Positions 6,531-12,410 of a stretch of 12,410 nt of DNA are shown here, in pieces; position 1 is the stretch's first letter, and every line of letters begins with the position of its first letter. Made by a program: the position numbers and the translations under genes. The stretch comes from Candidatus Micrarchaeia archaeon (GTDB taxonomy: Archaea > Micrarchaeota > Micrarchaeia > CAILAH01): contig JBMFNT010000017.1 of NCBI GenBank assembly GCA_049970015.1, forward strand, positions 6,012 to 18,421, given 5' to 3'. The notes below the pieces were generated by a model. It worked only from the letters and a program-made list of their open reading frames with translations, did no database searches and had not been told where the DNA came from.

Positions 6531-8063
6531 TTAAAAAACAAAACCCATTACTTCCTTGTTCATAAATTCTACAAGCTCGCGGGCGCGCCCCTCACTCTTT
6601 GCCTCACCGAATATGCGTATGTAATCCTCAGTACCGCTCGCACGCGCTATGCACCACCCATCATCAAAATCTATACGTACTCCATCAATCACTATTGCAT
6701 TCTTCTCATTTTTCCACTTGTCCCGAAGTCTGTTTATTACATCAAACCGTTCGTTTCCCATACTCAATTTTATCTTAACATTATAGTATTTCGGGAGCCG
6801 GCCAACCGCCTCGCTCAGCCTGAGGTTATTGGTTTTAATCCAGCAAAGTATTTTTAGTGCAGTTATTATGCCATCCTTCCCATAATGCGTTTTTGGCCAT
6901 ATAACACCACCCACTTCTTCACCACCCGTTGCATACCTCCCCCTTAGCATCTCCTCGGCAATGTATGGTGCACCCACCTTAACATACTTAACCTTCCTGC
7001 CATGCCTTTCAGCAACCTCTTTTATGATATTACTCGTTGCAACCGTAGTAACAACATCACCCTGGCTTTCCTCAAGTGCAATCTCAGCACCAAGCGCAAA
7101 CACCTTATCACCGAGTATGTAGCCCCCTTTTTCATCAACTATTGCAAGCCTGTCCCCATCACCATCATATGCAAGGCCGGCATCTGCACCCATTATTTTC
7201 ATTGCATTTACCAGGTCCTGCACATTTTGCTCAGTTGGCTCAGAATTCCTGCCAGGGAAAAATCCATCCTCCTGTGCATTCAGGGTTACAACATGTGCGC
7301 CAAGGTCCTTAAGCATCTGTGGTACTATACGGCCGACCGTACCATTTCCACAATCAACAATGATCTTCATGCCTTCCAATCTACATCCACACAATCCTTT
7401 AACCTCTTCAACATATTCATTGGCCATATATCCCTCTTCCAGCACCTTTGGTATCTCTTTCCACCCCACCCTTTTCCATGCACCCATTTCCAGTATACCC
7501 TCCACCTCTTTTCCTCTCTCCTTGCTGAGCGCAACCCCATTCTCATCATTGAATTTTAATGCAACCCATTCAGGCGGATTGTGGGAAGAGGTTATTACTA
7601 TGGAAGGGATACTGTGTTTTTTACTGAGGTATTCCACTACTGGAGTTGGGAGTATGCCAAGCAATACGGGCTGGACACCAGACCACAGAAGACCACTAAC
7701 CGCGGCGCATTCCACAAGCTCGCCAGTGGTCCTTGTATCCCGTGCAACCAGTACCTTGTTAGAACCTGTCCATGTACCAAATGAGGCACAGAGCCTTGCC
7801 ACAAAATCAGGAGTAATATCTTCAAGAGTACCACGTACGCCATTCGTCCCAAAAGAAGGGCCCCCAGCGCGGCCCTTCTCAACCCCCGGCAACCCTTTGA
7901 TTGAAGGGCCCCCAGCGCGGCCCTTCTCAACCTCCGGCAACCCTTTGATTGAAGGGCCCCCAGCGCGGCCCTTCTCAACCCCCGGCAACCCTTTGATTGA
8001 AGGGCCTCCGGTATGGTATAAATTGTAACATGTCTCAATCCCTGGCCAGGCTTGGTTATCCAT
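6531..8063 (-). CDS. Alpha-D-phosphohexomutase, archaeal phosphomannomutase/phosphoglucomutase type
   Basis: FGTNGVRG, catalytic TSSHNPPE, metal loop DGDGDR, sugar loop GGEEVGG, phosphate loop RASGTE. Start uncertain because an in-frame repeat precedes the normal N-terminus (GTG 8078, ATG 8063, or a TTG inside the repeat). Confidence 0.88.
   Translation of the reverse strand: MDNQAWPGIETCYNLYHTGGPSIKGLPGVEKGRAGGPSIKGLPEVEKGRAGGPSIKGLPGVEKGRAGGPSFGTNGVRGTLEDITPDFVARLCASFGTWTGSNKVLVARDTRTTGELVECAAVSGLLWSGVQPVLLGILPTPVVEYLSKKHSIPSIVITSSHNPPEWVALKFNDENGVALSKERGKEVEGILEMGAWKRVGWKEIPKVLEEGYMANEYVEEVKGLCGCRLEGMKIIVDCGNGTVGRIVPQMLKDLGAHVVTLNAQEDGFFPGRNSEPTEQNVQDLVNAMKIMGADAGLAYDGDGDRLAIVDEKGGYILGDKVFALGAEIALEESQGDVVTTVATSNIIKEVAERHGRKVKYVKVGAPYIAEEMLRGRYATGGEEVGGVIWPKTHYGKDGIITALKILCWIKTNNLRLSEAVGRLPKYYNVKIKLSMGNERFDVINRLRDKWKNEKNAIVIDGVRIDFDDGWCIARASGTEDYIRIFGEAKSEGRARELVEFMNKEVMGFVF
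7855..8006. repeat. 48-bp GC-rich tandem repeat x3 plus a partial copy, each unit with an 8-bp hairpin
   Basis: GAAGGGCCCCCAGCGCGGCCCTTCTCAACCCCCGGCAACCCTTTGATT at 7855, 7903 (1 SNP) and 7951, partial at 7999. GAAGGGCC/GGCCCTTC is a perfect inverted repeat. In frame it encodes GGPSIKGLP(G/E)VEKGRA. Confidence 0.97.
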
Positions 8064-8113
8064 ACCACTCAATCCCACGCCAGTAGAAAAATTATATTAC
8101 CTCCAAAAACGAG

Positions 8114-8266
8114 CTATGGGCCTTCAAATCCACATTTCTTGCAGGTGTACTTGACCATGTTGCTCTTGCACTCGGTGCATCGCCTTATTATGGCGCCGCA
8201 TTTTGGGCATTTAAACTCAGTAAAGTTGGTTGTTCTTATACCACACGAGTCGCATGTGTATATCAT
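8114..8266 (-). CDS. Small Zn-finger protein, HVO_2753/COG2888-like (50 aa)
   Basis: Four CxxC motifs (CDSC, CPKC, CTEC, CKKC) with FxCPxCG and the C-terminal YTCxxCGFEGP signature. ATG 8266 is preferred over the longer ORF start, which overlaps glmM. Confidence 0.88.
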   Translation of the reverse strand: MIYTCDSCGIRTTNFTEFKCPKCGAIIRRCTECKSNMVKYTCKKCGFEGP

Positions 8267-8318
8267 GCTTTTGTTTAGCCAAAATAGTATTAAAAATGTT
8301 AGATTATGATAGGGTATA
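8267..8318. promoter_or_regulatory. Putative divergent archaeal promoter region
   Basis: TATTAAAA / TTTTAATA at 8288-8295 lies about 26-27 nt from both ATG 8319 (+) and ATG 8266 (-). Confidence 0.5.
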
Positions 8319-9590
8319 ATGGCATGGGGTTTGAGGGGAAGGTATTCTGAGAAGCTTGTGGATGGGGTAGAACGCATAATTAGTAGTATGGGAGAGGTTG
8401 GAAAGGTTTTTGTATCTATGGATACAAGGCCATCCAGTCCCACCCTCCACCACACAGTGATTAAATCCCTCCTCCAAAACGGAAACACAGTTTATGATGT
8501 TGGCATAGGCCCAACCCCTTACCTTTCATACCTAACAAAAGTACACGGCTGTCTTGGTATAATGATAACTGCCTCACACAATCCAGAGTATGATAATGGT
8601 ATAAAAGTATTTTACCGTGGCATGGAGGTTGACAGGGAAGGCATCATCCAAACAATCAGTCATAGACCACAATCGTGTGGAAGAATTCATACTGTTGATT
8701 TATGTGAGAGTTACTTGAGGCACTTGTGTATGCTTTTTGATGCCAGGCCGATAATGAAGAGAAGGCCTAAGGTAATAGTTGAATGTGGCAATGGTACGGC
8801 AGGCATGTTTACCCCTTACATGTTAGCACGTGCGGGTGTGCGTGTAGTAACGGTGAACTCAGAGCACAGTAATCCTTTTTCACGGGATTCTGAGCCAACC
8901 CAACAATCCCTCCAGTACCTTGCTGGGCTTGTTCAGGAATTCAATGCCGATTTTGCGATAGCACACGATGTAGATGCTGACAGGTGTCGCATAATCACAA
9001 AAGATGGTATTATGAGTCAGGATGTGCAGCTCCTCAACATGGCACTTTATGTTTGCAGGCCTGGCAGCCTGTTTGTGACAACAGTTGAGGCATCTGGGCT
9101 TGTGGTTGAAACTGTTTCAAAGAAAGGTGTAGGTGTTGAAATAACACCAGTGGGCAGTAATTTTGTTGGTAGGAAGGTGAGCGAGCTGAGGGCAGCATTT
9201 GGTGGTGAACCTTGTGGTGAGTACATATTCCCAGGGCATATATACTCTGCTGATGGAATCGTGACTGCATTGAAGTTCACAGAGTTGTTTTGCGTGTCCG
9301 GGTTTTCTGCATTCCCTGAATATCCTATAATAAGGGGTACAGTAAAAGTACGGGAAGGTATGAAAGACCAGGTAATGGCACGTATTGAGAATGAGCTGGC
9401 TTTACAAGGTATTTCCAGCATAAGTATGGTGGACGGATTGCTTTTTAATCATAATGGTGCCAAAGTATTAATACGCAAGAGCAATACGCAGGAAGTTATA
9501 CGGATAACTGTTGAACATAGGGATGTGCACATGTTGAATGAGGTATATAACAACATGGTAAATCTGGTCAAAAGGTCAGTTGGTGAATAG
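8319..9590 (+). CDS. glmM: Phosphoglucosamine mutase (archaeal GlmM type)
   Basis: GLRG, DTRPSS, catalytic TASHNP..NGIK, DVDADR, sugar loop GGEPCG (archaeal GlmM GEPSG type), RKSNTQ; lies directly upstream of glmU. Confidence 0.72.
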   Translation: MAWGLRGRYSEKLVDGVERIISSMGEVGKVFVSMDTRPSSPTLHHTVIKSLLQNGNTVYDVGIGPTPYLSYLTKVHGCLGIMITASHNPEYDNGIKVFYRGMEVDREGIIQTISHRPQSCGRIHTVDLCESYLRHLCMLFDARPIMKRRPKVIVECGNGTAGMFTPYMLARAGVRVVTVNSEHSNPFSRDSEPTQQSLQYLAGLVQEFNADFAIAHDVDADRCRIITKDGIMSQDVQLLNMALYVCRPGSLFVTTVEASGLVVETVSKKGVGVEITPVGSNFVGRKVSELRAAFGGEPCGEYIFPGHIYSADGIVTALKFTELFCVSGFSAFPEYPIIRGTVKVREGMKDQVMARIENELALQGISSISMVDGLLFNHNGAKVLIRKSNTQEVIRITVEHRDVHMLNEVYNNMVNLVKRSVGE

Positions 9591-9592
9591 TG

Positions 9593-9687
9593 CAATAAGA
9601 GGTGTTGATGGAGATGAAAGGGGTTGTGCTGTTGGCCAAAAGGTTTGTACAATAAGAGGTGTTGATGGAGATGAAAGGGGTTGTGCT
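9593..9687 (+). repeat. 38-bp direct duplication of the glmU RBS and first codons (period 57)
   Basis: CAATAAGAGGTGTTGATGGAGATGAAAGGGGTTGTGCT at 9593-9630 and 9650-9687. Confidence 0.95.
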
Positions 9688-10930
9688 TGTTGCAGGGAAG
9701 GGCACACGGCTTGAGCCTTTCACAGATGGAATATCTAAATGCATGCTTCCAGTTGCAGGTAAGCCGATAATGCAGTATGCACTTGAGACGATAGGGCGGC
9801 TCGGTATAAAGGAGGCATGCATTGTGCTCAGGGACGAGCATAGGGAACATATTCAGAGTACTTTTGGCAGTAGCTTTGGTGGTGTTTCGCTTACATATGT
9901 TGAGCAGGATACCTCAAAAAAAGGGACTGCTGCAGCAGTGCTCTCTGCAAAGGAGTTTATAGGAGGCTCGACAGCACTTATAATGGCGGGAGACATACTT
10001 ACCACATATGAAGATGTGAGGCGTCTGTGCGAGTTTCATACCAAGCATAATATTGACACATCTATGCTTCTCAAGCGTGTTGATGACCCTAAGAGGTACG
10101 GGGTTGCAGTAGTAGAGGGCAAGAAAGTTGTTGATATTATAGAGAAGCCAGAAACTCCCAAGAGCAATCTTATAAACGCGAGTGTTTACATAGGTGGTGC
10201 GCACCTTCTCAATGAGCTTGAGAATGTGCCCTTGAGCAAGCGTGGCGAATATGAGATAACAGATGCATTATACAACATATGCGAGGAGGGAAGGTTGTAC
10301 GGTATTGAGATGAGAGGGTACTGGAATGATATAGGCACACCTTGGAACCTTCTTGATGCGAATGAGTATTACATGGAATTGATTGAGGAAGATATACGGG
10401 GAAAGGTTGAGGATAGCATAGTGAAAGGGAAGGTGGTGGTTGAGGAGGGCGCTCAAGTAATAGGGTCGTACATTGAAGGACCGTGCTACATTGCGAAAGG
10501 TGCAATAGTAGGTCCATCCGCGCATATACTTAAGCACTCGTACATAGGCCCTGGATGCAAGATATGCGGGTTTACAATAGTTAAGAATTCTATAATATTA
10601 GATGGTACGAAAGCAAAGCACCATGCGTACATAGGTGATAGTCTTGTTGGCAGGTATTGCAATTTCGGTTCCTCAACACAGATTGCAAACCTACGATTTG
10701 ATAGAAAAACAGTCAAGATGCGCCTGAACGGTACGGAGTATGATAGTGGAAGGCAAAAGCTCGGTTGTGTTGTAGGCTCAAATGTAAGCTTTGGTGCAGC
10801 CAGCATAGTGTTTCCTGGGAAGAAAATTGGTAGCAACTCAATAATATGGCCGGGTGCGATCGTTTCTGAAGATGTTCCACAGAACATGCGAGTAATCGTT
10901 AAACAAGCAATTGAACACGCTCCAATATGA
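9671..10930 (+). CDS. glmU: Archaeal bifunctional sugar-1-phosphate nucleotidylyltransferase/acetyltransferase (GlmU type)
   Basis: LVAGKGTRL, EQ..KGTA, YGV, IIEKP, RGEYEITD, WNDIGTPW; hexapeptide LbH region with HHAYIGDS, IANLRFD, GRQKLG. RBS GAGGTG 9656-9661 favours ATG 9671 (alternative 9665). Confidence 0.87.
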   Translation: MKGVVLVAGKGTRLEPFTDGISKCMLPVAGKPIMQYALETIGRLGIKEACIVLRDEHREHIQSTFGSSFGGVSLTYVEQDTSKKGTAAAVLSAKEFIGGSTALIMAGDILTTYEDVRRLCEFHTKHNIDTSMLLKRVDDPKRYGVAVVEGKKVVDIIEKPETPKSNLINASVYIGGAHLLNELENVPLSKRGEYEITDALYNICEEGRLYGIEMRGYWNDIGTPWNLLDANEYYMELIEEDIRGKVEDSIVKGKVVVEEGAQVIGSYIEGPCYIAKGAIVGPSAHILKHSYIGPGCKICGFTIVKNSIILDGTKAKHHAYIGDSLVGRYCNFGSSTQIANLRFDRKTVKMRLNGTEYDSGRQKLGCVVGSNVSFGAASIVFPGKKIGSNSIIWPGAIVSEDVPQNMRVIVKQAIEHAPI

Positions 10931-10959
10931 GATAATCATTAATTTTGTGAAGACACTAA

Positions 10960-11115
10960 GATACAATAAGACAAGACAGAACATGGCAATGTATGGCCAG
11001 ATGAGACACGGTGTGGCAAAATAGGACAAGATATGACAAGATGGAGCAATACAAGACAAAACAGGATAAGATGGTATGACAGGATGAGATGACAGGATGA
11101 TATGGCAAGGTAAAG
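10960..11115. repeat. Degenerate pentamer-periodic tract (consensus GAYAN)
   Basis: 23 in-phase pentamers at 10960-11074 (gatac aataa gacaa gacag aacat ggcaa tgtat ggcca gatga ...), then phase-shifted gacag/gatga/ggcaa units. Confidence 0.85.
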
Positions 11116-11135
11116 ATAGTATTATATATGTATAA
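11113..11135 (+). promoter_or_regulatory. Putative TATA box of alba
   Basis: TTATATAT at 11122-11129 with an A-rich upstream flank; RBS GAGGTGA at 11166-11172 downstream. Confidence 0.45.
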
Positions 11136-11177
11136 GGTACTAATTTAAGAGAATAGTACGAGTAAGAGGTGACAAGT

Positions 11178-11453
11178 ATGGCAAATGAGAACGTAGTTTT
11201 TGTGGGCAAGAAAAACATAATGAGCTATGTGTTGGCAGTGGTAACCCAATTCAACTCTGGGGTTAAAGAAGTGGTGGTGAAGGCAAGGGGCAAAGTGATA
11301 AGCAGGGCGGTCGATGTTGCAGAGATTGTCAGGAACAGGTTTGTCAATGATGCAAAGGTGAAGGATGTCAAGATAATGACAGAAGAGCTCACGAGCGAGG
11401 ACGGTTCCAAGAGCAAGGTTTCTGCAATAGAAATCACTCTTGCACGTGAGTAA
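11178..11453 (+). CDS. albA: DNA/RNA-binding protein Alba (Sac10b family)
   Basis: [53 protein letters not shown] before ATG 11178. Confidence 0.96.
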   Translation: MANENVVFVGKKNIMSYVLAVVTQFNSGVKEVVVKARGKVISRAVDVAEIVRNRFVNDAKVKDVKIMTEELTSEDGSKSKVSAIEITLARE

Positions 11454-11456
11454 AGT

Positions 11457-11495
11457 CTTCCTATTTTTGGTTTTACATTTATATTATTCTCTTTC
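11457..11495 (+). terminator. Putative oligo-T archaeal terminator after alba
   Basis: Pyrimidine-rich tract with TTTTT runs immediately after the stop codon. It also contains TTTATA, so it may double as the promoter of the next gene. Confidence 0.35.
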
Positions 11496-11518
11496 TAATA
11501 CTTAGTCACGGTGGTTTT

Positions 11519-11983
11519 GTGGTAGTAGATGACAATGTCAAATCAATAATCATGAAAAAGATTGAGGAATGGGGCGACCAGCCAGTTAATGTTGCACGGT
11601 TGAGCGAGCTGCGTGAGCTCATAACAAAAAAGACTGGAAAGCACAAGTTCCTACCTTATAATAACCTGAAAAAGTGGGTACGCGATGTTAAGAAGGAGAT
11701 GAGGGCTATGTCAAAATCTAAACAGACAACATCTGCAACTACAAAGGCACTACAGGTACCTGCACAGCCGCAAGCACAGGCCAGGCAGGAACAGCTTGTA
11801 CCACGGCCTGCACCACAACCCGTTGCAGTAATGTCTCCGTTTGCTGACCGTGTATACTTCCAGAACCTTGGTTATGAGTTGAGCAGTATGAGGAGGGCGC
11901 TTGAAAGGATAAGCAAACAGCTTGATGAGCTTGAGGCACAGCTTAAGGAGTTTAGAAAAAGCACAGAAGAAGAGCAGGAGTAA
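11519..11983 (+). CDS. Hypothetical protein: basic helical N-domain, Q/A/P-rich linker, C-terminal coiled coil
   Basis: 154-aa ORF filling the gap; heptad pattern in LSSMRRALERISKQLDELEAQLKEF. Start uncertain (GTG 11519). Confidence 0.7.
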   Translation: MVVDDNVKSIIMKKIEEWGDQPVNVARLSELRELITKKTGKHKFLPYNNLKKWVRDVKKEMRAMSKSKQTTSATTKALQVPAQPQAQARQEQLVPRPAPQPVAVMSPFADRVYFQNLGYELSSMRRALERISKQLDELEAQLKEFRKSTEEEQE

Positions 11984-12013
11984 ATACAAGGCAAATATGC
12001 AAAATTGCTTTTA

Positions 12014-12409
12014 CTAAAAGTTGTATATTAGCTTGAACATGACATTCCATATAAGCTCTGATGTTCCAGAACCTGCAGTTTTTGTCGTATCCTGGTTTGT
12101 GAAAGTTTGAGTTTGTATATAATATGTTTTTTGTCCAATATCTAGATTAAGTAATGTCTCAAGCCCGCTGTATTTGATACCTTTTATCTGTAGCCCCACT
12201 TTATAGAATGAAACCTCTGGATTCTCCCCTTCCATAAATATAAGATGTATGCTGTTTTCATCAAATATTATTCCTTTAAACCCGCCACCTAACCCTAACT
12301 CCAGCAGGTGCGCTTTTTTCTCCGGGTCCATGAGTGGAATCTCGTGATATGGCAGTTCAAGCCGGTTCTTTTTCTCCCACAACTTACTTGCATCTATCTT
12401 ATTATAATC
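12014..12409 (-). CDS. Hypothetical protein, C-terminal fragment (5' end outside the window)
   Basis: The frame stays open to the right edge (DYNKIDASKLWEKK...) and ends WNVMFKLIYNF*. Confidence 0.65.
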   Translation of the reverse strand, partial: DYNKIDASKLWEKKNRLELPYHEIPLMDPEKKAHLLELGLGGGFKGIIFDENSIHLIFMEGENPEVSFYKVGLQIKGIKYSGLETLLNLDIGQKTYYIQTQTFTNQDTTKTAGSGTSELIWNVMFKLIYNF

Positions 12410-12410
12410 C

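Noticed and set aside
7855..8006. CRISPR array (palindromic repeats)
   Set aside because: The sequence between hairpins is the same in every unit (one SNP), so this is a tandem repeat without unique spacers.
8267..8488. 124-aa extended version of the Zn-finger ORF
   Set aside because: The extension is antisense to glmM and spans the promoter; the family is about 50-60 aa, matching ATG 8266.
454..10887. Numerous antisense/shadow ORFs (e.g. 454-1083, 7002-7559, 7360-8028, 7637-8068, 9449-9850, 10486-10887)
   Set aside because: They lie within or opposite motif-supported genes and have no recognisable motifs of their own.
10838..11218. 126-aa minus-strand ORF
   Set aside because: It overlaps glmU and alba antisense, and its C/H/I/L/S/P/Y composition is simply the translation of the pentamer tract.

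Overview
Archaeal chromosomal window. Markers are ribosomal protein eS26, Alba, an HVO_2753-like Zn-finger protein, archaeal-type GlmM/GlmU and BRE/TATA leaderless promoters; a DPANN/Micrarchaeota-like origin is a guess. Gene order: (-) M50-like membrane metalloprotease, rps26e, metallophosphoesterase | (+) long RelA/SpoT homologue | (-) polytopic membrane-anchored double-AAA ATPase, PMM/PGM, Zn-finger protein | (+) glmM, glmU, alba, coiled-coil hypothetical | (-) partial beta-strand-rich hypothetical. Most notable: (1) a multidomain RSH (degenerate HD + SYNTH + TGS + AH) in an archaeon, sharing a symmetric bidirectional promoter with the phosphoesterase-rps26e operon; (2) a Cdc48-like ATPase whose N-domain is replaced by about 8-10 transmembrane helices; (3) local duplications at four gene boundaries; (4) a strictly phased 5-nt periodic tract upstream of alba; (5) an outer-membrane beta-barrel-like C-terminus in the last ORF. 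All calls come from motifs read by eye; no searches were run.
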